NCBI GenBank assembly: GCA_964590435.1
Contig: CAZPWT010000005.1
Location: 67,470-131,469 of the forward strand
Length of the DNA: 64,000 nucleotides
From: an uncultured Planctomycetia bacterium
GTDB taxonomy: Bacteria > Planctomycetota > MHYJ01 > WSZJ01
Reading direction: 5' to 3'
Shown: piece by piece, positions 43,631 through 52,110 of the stretch
Position numbering within the stretch: position 1 is the stretch's first letter
Layout of the letters: the number at the start of each line of letters is the position of its first letter
Position numbers and translations under genes: made by a program
Notes under the pieces: generated by a model
Told to the model about the DNA's origin: nothing
Databases searched by the model: none
The model's input: only the letters and a program-made list of their open reading frames with translations

Positions 43631-45400
43631 GTGACCGATCCCCACCAGCCGCCCTTCGTCATCCCCGCAGGCACGCAGGTCGTTTCCCGGATCGAGATCC
43701 AGGACGCTTCCGGGGCCAGGCTCCATCCCCACGGCGCGGTCGGGATCGTCGTGAAGGCCCCCGCCGACGCGACGCACTCGTACCGCGTGCGGTTCCCGGA
43801 CGGGTTCGAGGCTTCGCTGAAGCGCGTCGAGCTCGACGTGCGGAAGACGGCGCCGCGGGAAGCGCTCGCGGAGGCGGGGCAGGAACTCGCCTCGGACGAT
43901 CTCTTCGATCGCGTCATCTACCGCGTCGTGATCGGTTCGCGGGCGTACGGGCTCGATAACGAGCAATCGGACACGGACCGCCGCGGCGTCTACCTGCCGC
44001 CGGCGGACCGCCACTGGTCACTCTTCGGCATCCCCGAGCAGCTCGAGAACGACGCGACGCAGGAGTGCTACTGGGAGCTGCAGAAGTTCCTGACGATGGC
44101 GCTCAAGGCGAACCCGAACGTCCTCGAGTGCCTCTGGTCGCCGATCGTCGAGACCGCGACGCCGCTCGCTCAGGAGATGCTCGCGATGCGCGGGGCGTTC
44201 CTGTCGAAGATGATCTACCAGACGTACAACGGGTACGTGATGTCGCAGTTCCGGAAGCTGGAGCAGGACCTGCGGAACCAGGGCGCGTTCCGCTGGAAGC
44301 ACGCGATGCACCTCGTGCGGCTCTTGCTGTCCGGCGTGACGGCGCTTCGCGAAGGCCGCGTCCCGGTGCGCGTCGAGGAGCACCGCGACCGCCTGCTGGC
44401 GATCCGTCGCGGCGAGACGCCGTGGGCCGAGGTCGACGCCTGGCGCATCCAGCTCCACAAGGAATTCGACGCCGCGCTCGCGTCCACGGCGCTTCCCGAA
44501 CGCCCCGACTACGAGAAGGCGAACGCCTTCCTGCTGCGGGCGCGTCGAAGCGCCGCCGGCGAGGCGTCGCGGGTCCAGGTCGCGATGACGCCGCCGGCGC
44601 CGCCGCACGGGCTCGTCATCGACCCGCGCGCCGCCGCCGCGGTCCGCGAACACCCGCACCGGCTGATCTTCGCCTCCGTGAGCGGCTCGCACCTCTACGG
44701 CTTCCCTTCGCCGGACTCCGACTGGGACATGCGGGGCGCGCACGTCCTCCCCGTCGAGGAGACCTCCCGGCTCGACGTGCACGGCGAGACGATCGAATCG
44801 ACCCGGGTGCGCGACGGCCTCGAAGTCGACCTCGTGACGCACGACGTCCGCAAGTTCTTCGGCCTCATCCTCAAGCGCAACGGCTACGTCCTGGAGCAGA
44901 TCTTCTCGCCAATCGTCGTCGCGACCTCCCCGGCGCACGAGGAACTCAAGGCGATCGCCGCGCGCTGCGTCACGAAACACCACTCCCATCACTACCTCGG
45001 GTTCGCGGCGACCGAACGCGGCCTGTTCCGCAAGGAAGACCCGCCGCGCGTGAAGCCGCTGCTCTACATCTATCGCGTCCTGCTGACCGGAATCCACCTG
45101 ATGCACACCGGGGAGGTCCTCTCCCACCTCCCGACGCTGGCCGTGGAAGCGAAGCTCGGCTACCTCGAGGAGCTGATGCGCTTCAAGATCGAAGCCAAAG
45201 AACGCGCCGTCCTCGCGAAAGCCGACCTGGCATTCCACGAGCGCGAGCACGACCGGCTCACCCGGGAACTTGAGGAAGCCTCGGCGGCGAGTTCGCTTCC
45301 GGAAGGGCCCCAGGCACGCGCCGAGCTGGACGACCTGCTGGTCCGGATCCGGTTGGGGAAGGTCCATTCTGGATCTATTCCAGGTCCAGATTGCCGCTGA
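43631..45400 (+). CDS. Pol-beta-superfamily nucleotidyltransferase with two tandem NTase modules (RlaP/PF10127-like)
   Basis: Module 1 is VIGSRAYGLDNEQSDTDRRGVYLPP...NVLECLWSP. Module 2 is ASVSGSHLYGFPSPDSDWDMRGAHVLP...YVLEQIFSP (GS...D-x-D signatures). The start is probably GTG 43631, after the upstream terminator; the listed ATG 43412 would overlap the upstream gene. Confidence 0.55.
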   Translation: MTDPHQPPFVIPAGTQVVSRIEIQDASGARLHPHGAVGIVVKAPADATHSYRVRFPDGFEASLKRVELDVRKTAPREALAEAGQELASDDLFDRVIYRVVIGSRAYGLDNEQSDTDRRGVYLPPADRHWSLFGIPEQLENDATQECYWELQKFLTMALKANPNVLECLWSPIVETATPLAQEMLAMRGAFLSKMIYQTYNGYVMSQFRKLEQDLRNQGAFRWKHAMHLVRLLLSGVTALREGRVPVRVEEHRDRLLAIRRGETPWAEVDAWRIQLHKEFDAALASTALPERPDYEKANAFLLRARRSAAGEASRVQVAMTPPAPPHGLVIDPRAAAAVREHPHRLIFASVSGSHLYGFPSPDSDWDMRGAHVLPVEETSRLDVHGETIESTRVRDGLEVDLVTHDVRKFFGLILKRNGYVLEQIFSPIVVATSPAHEELKAIAARCVTKHHSHHYLGFAATERGLFRKEDPPRVKPLLYIYRVLLTGIHLMHTGEVLSHLPTLAVEAKLGYLEELMRFKIEAKERAVLAKADLAFHEREHDRLTRELEEASAASSLPEGPQARAELDDLLVRIRLGKVHSGSIPGPDCR

Positions 45401-45487
45401 ACTGGATTCAAAACGAGTCCAGTTGCTTCCCCGTACCCGTCCTCTCCCCCATAACCCACTCCGGAGCCTCGTGCTAGGATTGCCCCC

Positions 45488-48400
45488 GTGAGCGACGAGC
45501 GGCGCGAGAGCGACCCACCGCCTGGTCCCCCGAGCCCGGGGCCGTCGGGCTACGACGCGACGATCCGCGCCGGCGCGGGATCGCCGCCGCCGTCCAGCGC
45601 CGTGGCCCCTTCGCAGGAGAAGGCCGAGGCCGCGCCGCAGCGGCTGGGGGGTTACCGGCTGCTGAAAAAGCTGGGAAGCGGCGGGATGGGGGCGATCTAT
45701 CTCGGCGTGCAGGAGTCCGTCGGGCGGCAGGTCGCGCTCAAGGTGCTGCCCGAGAGCGCCTTCCACGACGCGGACGCCGTGGCGCGCTTCCAGAGGGAAA
45801 TCCAGGTGCTGGGGCAGATGAGGCATCCTGGGATTTGCCCGGTGATGGACTCGGGGCTGGACGGGAAGACGCACTACTACGTGATGGAGTACATCCGCGG
45901 GATGGACGTGGCGCGGGTGCTGCGGCTGCAGCGTGTGGAGCCGCGGCGGGCGGCGGACATCGCGGCGCAGGTCGCACGGGCGCTGCAGTCGGCGCACGAC
46001 GCCGGAGTCATCCACCGCGACCTGAAGCCGCTGAACATCATGCTGACGCGCGGGGAGAAGCCGCGCGAGGCCGCCGGGGGGCGAAGCGAATCGACGCCGT
46101 TCGGGGGGGCGCTGAAGCGCTTCTTCTCGTGGGCGTCGATGTCGGGGTCGCGGGCGGCGGCGGCGCCGTCGGCGTCGCTGCCGGGGCTGGCGGCGGAATC
46201 GGCGGCGGAGGCGGGGATGCCGGCGCCGGAGTGGCGGGACCGGGCGGTGCTGATCGACTTCGGGCTGGCGCGCGACGGCGCGGCGGCGACGCACCTGACG
46301 GTGTCGGGGGCGATGATGGGAACGCCGGCGTACATGGCGCCGGAGCAGGCGCGCGGCGACCGGCGGGCGATCGGACCGGCGACGGACGTATACGGCCTCG
46401 GGGCGACGCTGTACGAGATGCTGACGCTGCGTCCGCCGTTCGGGGGGGAGACGATGGGAGAGGTGATCTCCCGCGTGGTGAACGAGGAGCCGGCGCCGGT
46501 CCGGTCGCTCAACCCGCTGGTGGACCGCGACCTGGAGACGATCGTCCAGAAAGCGATGGAGAAGGAGCCGGCGCGGCGGTACGCGAGCGCCGCGGCGATG
46601 GCGCAGGACCTCGAGCACTGGCTCGCGGGCGAGCCGATCCTGGCGCGAAGGGCGAGCGTCGCGTACCGGGTCCGGAAGCGGCTGCTGCGGAACAAGGCGG
46701 CCTCGGCGGCGATCGCGGCGGCGGTCCTGCTGGCGGCGGCGGGGATCTGGCAGACCTTCTCGCCGGGGGAGATCGTCGTCAGCGGGCGCGACCTCGAGGG
46801 CGCGACCCTGTTCGTCGATGGCGTCGCTTCCCCCGGCCGGAGCGCCCGCGTGTGGCCGGGCCGGCATGTCGTCAAGGTCACGCGGCCGGAGTTCGTGGAC
46901 TTCAGCGAGGACGTGGAGGTCTCGGCGCGGAAACAGACGGCGCTCGAGGTCGCGCTGATCTCGAGGTTCGGGTACGTCACGGTGAAATCCGAACCGCCGG
47001 GCGCGGAAGTCCGGGATCGCGACGTGCTGCTCGGCGTCACGCCGCTGGTCCGGTGCCGCGTCCCGACCGGCGAGCGCTTCATCGAGGTCCGGCTGCGCGA
47101 CTACGAGGCCTCGAGCTTCCCCGTGACGGTCCGGCCCGGCGACCTGAGCCCGGAGATCACGCGCCAGCTCCGCCACGAAACCGGCCTGCTGACGCTCACC
47201 TCCGACCCGCCGGAGCTCGGGATCGACCTGTACCCCGAGGGCGTCTCCAGGCCGATCATCGCCGCCGCACCCGCCGAGAAGTTTGCGCTTCCCACCGGCC
47301 GCTATCGCGTCCTCGCGCACGCGAGGAATCACTTCCCGCACGAATTTGCGCTGGAAGTGCGTGCCGGTGAAGAGGTGAAGCGGAACGTGACTTTGACGGC
47401 GCTGATGAGGTGGCGGACGACGGCGGACATGGTGTCGGAGGGAGTGGCGGCGGGGGACCTGAACGGGGACGGGCGGCCGGACCTGGTGGTGGCGAGCAAG
47501 ACGCCGGCGCGGATCCGTGCGCTGGACGGGCGGAACGGGGAGCTGATCTGGATCGCGAGGAAGCCTCCGCTGACGGCGAGCTATGGGTTGCCGTTGAATC
47601 TGAGCGACCTGGACGGGGACCTGGAGCCGGAGGTGGTGTATTCGGCCGGGGACCGGCTGGTGGCGCTGGACGGGCGGACAGGCGTGGAGAAACGGGCGTG
47701 GGAGGTGCCGGGGCTGAGGGATGCGGTGGACTGGGGGGACCTGGACGGGGACGGGGTGCCGGATTTCGTGGCGCACACCGGGGGGCTCGTGCTGGCGCTG
47801 AGCGGCGCGGACGCGCACGTGCTGTGGTCGGTGCCGTCCAGCCCCAACCCGGCGTACTACCGGGGCGACATGGACGGCGATGGCAGGCCTGACGTCGGTA
47901 TGGCGACCGGCGACGCAGGGCTCCAGGCGATCGACGGGAAGACGGGCCAGGCGATCTGGCGCGTGCCCGGCTGGAATCGCGGCGGAGCGACGTGCTGCAT
48001 CGACGTCGACGGGGACGGCCGGGACGACCTCCTGACCGTGGACCGGGACAACGCCCCGACGGCGATCCGCGGAAGCGACGGGACGATCCTGTGGTCGGCG
48101 CCGAAGGATGACTACATCATGGTCTTCCCCCCGGTCGCGGCAGATCTCGAAGGCGACGGGACGCTGGAAGCGATCTTCTGCCGGGGGCCGCTCCTGGAGG
48201 TGCGCAACGCGCTGACCGGGAAACTCATCGTGTCGCACGACCTGGGCCCCGGGTGCAGCCCCGCGATCTACGACGTCGACGCGGACGGGCACAAAGACCT
48301 GATCATGGCCGGGGCCGGCACTCTCCTCGCGATGGACGCGCTCACCGGCCGGCGGCTCTGGCAGTTCGATTCGAACACCAGCGCCTCGATGGGCACTCCC

Positions 48401-50611
48401 CTGCTCGACGACTTCGACGGCGACGGCCTGCAGGACTTCATCCTGCTGTCGCACGACGGCACGGTCGCCTGCGTCAATGCCGTCGAGCCGCCGGTCCTCT
48501 GGCGCCAGGGGAACGTCCACATGCACTCGGCGGAACCTGACGTCCTCGGGACCCCGCCGCGGTTCGTCTTCCTCGCCGGCTATCCCCAGCGCCTCCTCGA
48601 CCCCGCCGACGGCCGCATCCTCGCCGAGCTCCCTTACGCCAACTGCAAGGTGTCCGCCGTCTACTCCGCCGAGCCGCCCTTCCGCCTCGCCCTCGACGGG
48701 CTCGACCGGATCCTGGTGGACGTGACGGAGAATCCGCCGGGCCTGAAGCTGGCCTGGCGCCAGAAAGACGCGGCGGTCCTGTCCGCGCCGACGCTGGCCG
48801 ACCTCAACGGCGACGGCCGCCTCGACTTCCTCACCGGCGACGGCGAAGGCGGCCCCGGCGTCCGCGCTTCCGACGGCCGCACCGGTGAACTGCTCTGGAA
48901 CGCCCCGCTGGGCCGCCCGTGGCGCGCGGACATCGCGGTCTGGGAGAAGCTCGTCTGGGTGCCGGCCGCCAACGGGCTGCATGGCCTCGACCCGGCGACC
49001 GGGAAGGAAATGCGCGTGCTGGACCTCGGGGGAATCGCACAGGGCGGGCTGGCGTTCGACGGGGACCTGATCGGATGGAATGCGGGGGGCCGGGTCATCC
49101 GGTTCACTTCGACGGCACGCGGCCCCGAGGAACGGTGGCGTCGCGACCTCGGCGTCGGCCTCGCCACGCGCGGCGTCGCCGCCCTCGGCCCCCACGTCGT
49201 CGCCCAGTGCGGCCGAGGGACCGTTGTCGCGCTCGAAGCGAAGTCGGGCGAAGAGCGCTGGCGCCAGGTCGTGGAGCAGAGCAACGCGGGCGGGCCGGGC
49301 TTGCGGGACGTCGACGGGGACGGCGTTCCCGAGGTCGCCGTCTCCAGCTACGACGCCGGCTGGGTCTGGGTTCTCGAAGGCAAGACAGGAAGGGTCGCCT
49401 GGGCCTGGCGGACGGGGACCCAGAACGGCTGGTCGCGCCCGGCGTGGGCGGACCTCGACAACGATGGCGCTCCCGAGCTGCTCTGCAGCTTCCGCGACGG
49501 CCGGGCCTACGCCTTCACGGTCCGCCTCGGCCGCCCGGAACCCGTCTCCGTCCTGGCCCCCGACGGCAATCCCTTCCACGCCACCGCCCAGTCGGCGCTC
49601 GCCCTCCGCCGCCGCGCCGCCGTCATGGCACGCCGGAACTCGCGGTGGAGCGAGGTCATCAACCTGGCCGAGGGAACGGCCGACCCCTACCTCGCCACCG
49701 AGGCCGCCCGCGCCGCCGCCCGCCAGGGCGACGCCCCCGCCGCACGCCGCTTCGCCCTCGTCGCCCGGAAAGTCCACGTCCGCCGCCTCGACGTCGATAT
49801 CGCCGCGTGCCTCGATCTCCCCGCCAGCGAACGCGCCTCCGCGCTCAAACATGCCCTCCTCTCCGCCTCTCCCGCTCAGGTCGCCGCGGCCCTTCCCCCG
49901 CCCGGCATCGAGGCGGAATGGGCAGAAGCGCTCGCCGCCGCGGCGCCGGCCGCCGAGGCCGCCGGAGACTGGGAGCTTGCGGTGGCCCTTCACGGCATCC
50001 GCCCGGACTACGCCGCCGCGCTCGCCGCCTTCCAGCAGGCCTCCCGCGACCGCGCGCCGGGGTCGCGGCTCCGGCTCGCGCTCGGCCGGGCCGCCGCGGC
50101 GGCCGACCAGTTCACCGAGGCACGCGAACAGTTCCGCGCGGTGCTCGCCGACCCCGTCCTCGCCGCGACCGCCCAGTTCGAGATCGATGCGCTTCAGCGC
50201 CTCGGGGAGCAACTGAAGAGCGACATGAGGACGGCGTTTGCGACGGGGCGGTACGAGGCGGGGATGGCGGCCGGGGAGCGGCTGGTGCGGCTGCGGCCCA
50301 CGGACCCCGAGGCGTGGAACGAGCTCGCGTGGGACGTGGCGACGTCGGCGGCCCCGCCGCCGGCGGTGGCGCAGCGCGCGACGGAGGCCGCGCGCCGGGC
50401 GGTGCAGTTGCTCGACGAGCAGGGAGTCGGCCCCGGCGACCAGCGCGCGGGGATCCTCGACACGCTCGCCGCGGCGCTGTTCGCCGCGGGGGACGTCGCG
50501 GGGGCCGTCCGCGTCCAGAAGGAAGCGCTGGGCATGGCGTCGGGGGAAGGCGTCCGCGCCGACCTGCAGACTCGGCTGGACACGTACGAGCGCGCCCTCC
50601 ACGGCCAGTAG
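45488..50611 (+). CDS. Giant Ser/Thr protein kinase: N-terminal kinase domain, TM helix, two PEGA domains, a PQQ/FG-GAP beta-propeller array, C-terminal TPR-like region
   Basis: Kinase motifs LGSGGMGAIYLG, VALKVL, HRDLKPLNIML, DFGLAR, GTPAYMAPE; TM AASAAIAAAVLLAAAGIW; PEGA GATLFVDGV / GYVTVKSEPPGAEV; propeller repeats DLNGDGRPDLVVAS, DGRNGELIWIA, DGKTGQAIWRVP, DVDGDGRDDLL...; GTG start. Confidence 0.85.
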   Translation: MSDERRESDPPPGPPSPGPSGYDATIRAGAGSPPPSSAVAPSQEKAEAAPQRLGGYRLLKKLGSGGMGAIYLGVQESVGRQVALKVLPESAFHDADAVARFQREIQVLGQMRHPGICPVMDSGLDGKTHYYVMEYIRGMDVARVLRLQRVEPRRAADIAAQVARALQSAHDAGVIHRDLKPLNIMLTRGEKPREAAGGRSESTPFGGALKRFFSWASMSGSRAAAAPSASLPGLAAESAAEAGMPAPEWRDRAVLIDFGLARDGAAATHLTVSGAMMGTPAYMAPEQARGDRRAIGPATDVYGLGATLYEMLTLRPPFGGETMGEVISRVVNEEPAPVRSLNPLVDRDLETIVQKAMEKEPARRYASAAAMAQDLEHWLAGEPILARRASVAYRVRKRLLRNKAASAAIAAAVLLAAAGIWQTFSPGEIVVSGRDLEGATLFVDGVASPGRSARVWPGRHVVKVTRPEFVDFSEDVEVSARKQTALEVALISRFGYVTVKSEPPGAEVRDRDVLLGVTPLVRCRVPTGERFIEVRLRDYEASSFPVTVRPGDLSPEITRQLRHETGLLTLTSDPPELGIDLYPEGVSRPIIAAAPAEKFALPTGRYRVLAHARNHFPHEFALEVRAGEEVKRNVTLTALMRWRTTADMVSEGVAAGDLNGDGRPDLVVASKTPARIRALDGRNGELIWIARKPPLTASYGLPLNLSDLDGDLEPEVVYSAGDRLVALDGRTGVEKRAWEVPGLRDAVDWGDLDGDGVPDFVAHTGGLVLALSGADAHVLWSVPSSPNPAYYRGDMDGDGRPDVGMATGDAGLQAIDGKTGQAIWRVPGWNRGGATCCIDVDGDGRDDLLTVDRDNAPTAIRGSDGTILWSAPKDDYIMVFPPVAADLEGDGTLEAIFCRGPLLEVRNALTGKLIVSHDLGPGCSPAIYDVDADGHKDLIMAGAGTLLAMDALTGRRLWQFDSNTSASMGTPLLDDFDGDGLQDFILLSHDGTVACVNAVEPPVLWRQGNVHMHSAEPDVLGTPPRFVFLAGYPQRLLDPADGRILAELPYANCKVSAVYSAEPPFRLALDGLDRILVDVTENPPGLKLAWRQKDAAVLSAPTLADLNGDGRLDFLTGDGEGGPGVRASDGRTGELLWNAPLGRPWRADIAVWEKLVWVPAANGLHGLDPATGKEMRVLDLGGIAQGGLAFDGDLIGWNAGGRVIRFTSTARGPEERWRRDLGVGLATRGVAALGPHVVAQCGRGTVVALEAKSGEERWRQVVEQSNAGGPGLRDVDGDGVPEVAVSSYDAGWVWVLEGKTGRVAWAWRTGTQNGWSRPAWADLDNDGAPELLCSFRDGRAYAFTVRLGRPEPVSVLAPDGNPFHATAQSALALRRRAAVMARRNSRWSEVINLAEGTADPYLATEAARAAARQGDAPAARRFALVARKVHVRRLDVDIAACLDLPASERASALKHALLSASPAQVAAALPPPGIEAEWAEALAAAAPAAEAAGDWELAVALHGIRPDYAAALAAFQQASRDRAPGSRLRLALGRAAAAADQFTEAREQFRAVLADPVLAATAQFEIDALQRLGEQLKSDMRTAFATGRYEAGMAAGERLVRLRPTDPEAWNELAWDVATSAAPPPAVAQRATEAARRAVQLLDEQGVGPGDQRAGILDTLAAALFAAGDVAGAVRVQKEALGMASGEGVRADLQTRLDTYERALHGQ

Positions 50612-50617
50612 GGGCCC

Positions 50618-51871
50618 CTACTTGCCTTCCACAACCCTCAGCGAAAACGGCATCGCCGCCGTCCTGTAGCCGTCGACGACCTTGCGTTCCTTCTCGCTGA
50701 ACGAATGCCGCCACCAGACGCGGCCGTCCTTCGGGTGCTCTTTCGCCTGCGGCGTCACGTCCGTCACGAGGACCACGTCGTCCACCGCAACCTCGCACTT
50801 GAACGTCCCTCCCGCCTTCAGCGCGGCCTTCAGGCGGCTCTCCGCGGCTTCGGTGATCACATAGAAGTCCGCCGCGTAGTCGGGCTTGTCCTTGTACGGC
50901 GGCAGCAGCTCCGTGCGCCCGATCACCGGCGACACCCGCATCAGCGCGGCCTCCTTGGGCCCGTCGGGGCCGTCGGCATTGAAGCGCACCCGGCGGAGCC
51001 ACTTCGCGCCGGCAGGGGCCTTGGCGCCGGCGACGTCCGCGTCCTGCGGGATGACGAACTGCTCCTTCTCGCCCGCCGACGGGAAGTAGTAGAGGCGCAT
51101 CTCGAAGGTCTTCGCCGCGTACCGGCCCAGGACGCTGATCGTCTGCACCATCGCGGCCGTGAAGCCGCCCTCGAGGTCCAGCCGGACGCGCGTCACGCCG
51201 TCCGCCCCGGCCTCGGTCTTCGCCTTCACATTTGCGTACCCGAACGCCTCGCACCGCGACGCCATCGCTTTGGCCGCCTTCTCGAAGTCCGCCGCCGCCG
51301 CGCCGTCGGGGGCCGCCAGCCAGACGGTCGGCCGGTCCGTGAACGACTGCGGCCCCGGCGCGGGAACCGGGTCCGGCTTCGGCGCCGGCTTCGGCCCGGG
51401 CTTCGGGTTCGGCGCCGGGTCGACCGGCGGACCCTTCAGCGACTGCCCGTCGCGCGCCATCTTGCGCAGCTCGTGGATCGTGGTCAGGCGGTCGCTGAAG
51501 TCCTTCCGCCGGTCCGGGTACACCTCCGCGCCCTCGCCGGCTTCCAGCTCCGGGTCGAACAGCAGGTCCACCGCGGCCTTCATGTCCGAGTTCGGATCCG
51601 CAGCCTTCTTCCCGGCCTCGTACCGTTCACGGGCGCGGCCGATCGCCGCGTCCAGCTTCGCCAGCATCGCGTCCGGCTTCGGGTAAACCGCCTTCACGTC
51701 GGCCTTCTTGACCACCACGCCGTCGGGGAAGCGGTCGCTCCGGATGCGCCAGGAATCGCCTTCCTCGGACACTTCGCCGACGAAACGCTCCCCGGTCTTG
51801 AGGACGACGGCGTCCGCCAGGGCCGTGGTGGCGGAGGCAAGGGCGAGGAGCGCGAAGATCGGGCGGAGCAT
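50618..51871 (-). CDS. Secreted hypothetical protein (417 aa) with a Pro-rich linker
   Basis: Signal peptide MLRPIFALLALASATTALA; PAPNPKPGPKPAPKPDPVPAPGP linker; no recognisable enzymatic motif. Confidence 0.55.
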   Translation of the reverse strand: MLRPIFALLALASATTALADAVVLKTGERFVGEVSEEGDSWRIRSDRFPDGVVVKKADVKAVYPKPDAMLAKLDAAIGRARERYEAGKKAADPNSDMKAAVDLLFDPELEAGEGAEVYPDRRKDFSDRLTTIHELRKMARDGQSLKGPPVDPAPNPKPGPKPAPKPDPVPAPGPQSFTDRPTVWLAAPDGAAAADFEKAAKAMASRCEAFGYANVKAKTEAGADGVTRVRLDLEGGFTAAMVQTISVLGRYAAKTFEMRLYYFPSAGEKEQFVIPQDADVAGAKAPAGAKWLRRVRFNADGPDGPKEAALMRVSPVIGRTELLPPYKDKPDYAADFYVITEAAESRLKAALKAGGTFKCEVAVDDVVLVTDVTPQAKEHPKDGRVWWRHSFSEKERKVVDGYRTAAMPFSLRVVEGK

Positions 51872-51984
51872 GGAGGCGCGAGTGTAGCAATCGGCCGTGC
51901 GCGGCCATAACGTGTCTCAGAAGCAGTAAATCGGTCAGATCCTGAAAGTCCGAAAACTTTATGCAGTTGACCGCTTTTTCATTT

Positions 51985-52010
51985 TTGAAATCAGACCACC
52001 CCCCTATAAT
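51985..52010 (+). promoter_or_regulatory. Candidate promoter with a perfect -10 TATAAT in an AT-rich (~35 % GC) divergent intergenic island
   Basis: TTGAAA (51985-51990), 14-nt spacer, TATAAT (52005-52010), ~100 nt upstream of the GGDEF gene ATG. The spacer is short, so the -35 assignment is uncertain. Confidence 0.35.
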
Positions 52011-52110
52011 CGCGTCAGGGAACGGGTTTCCGGCTGGTCGCCGAGCTTGAGGGGCGCCGGCGCCCAGTCGCCGGCGCGACGAACTTTACTGTCAGGGATC
52101 GCAGCCCAAC

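Noticed and set aside
42648-43917. Minus-strand ORFs 42648..43427, 42851..43372 and 42901..43917 over the proline-rich repeat gene
   Set aside because: Gly-rich (GGGGFSPSLGG) translations of the repeat antisense. The plus-strand frame has a signal peptide, genome-typical GC3 and a downstream intrinsic terminator.
44018-50602. 2194-aa minus-strand ORF (and the related 45738..45977, 45877..47082 and others) antisense to the kinase gene
   Set aside because: Arg/Pro/Gly/His low-complexity translation with no motifs, lying exactly antisense to a plus-strand gene full of canonical kinase/PEGA/propeller motifs. This is the typical GC-rich stop-codon-poor artefact.
50112-51254. 380-aa minus-strand ORF overlapping the 3' end of the kinase and the 5' part of 50618..51871
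   Set aside because: Different frame from the signal-peptide-bearing 50618..51871 ORF. Arg/Gly-rich, and it would overlap the kinase coding sequence by 500 bp.
52005-52110. Possible c-di-GMP or other riboswitch in the GGDEF gene leader
   Set aside because: No recognisable GEMM-I/II consensus could be matched by eye. Retained only as a structured-leader remark in the corresponding finding.
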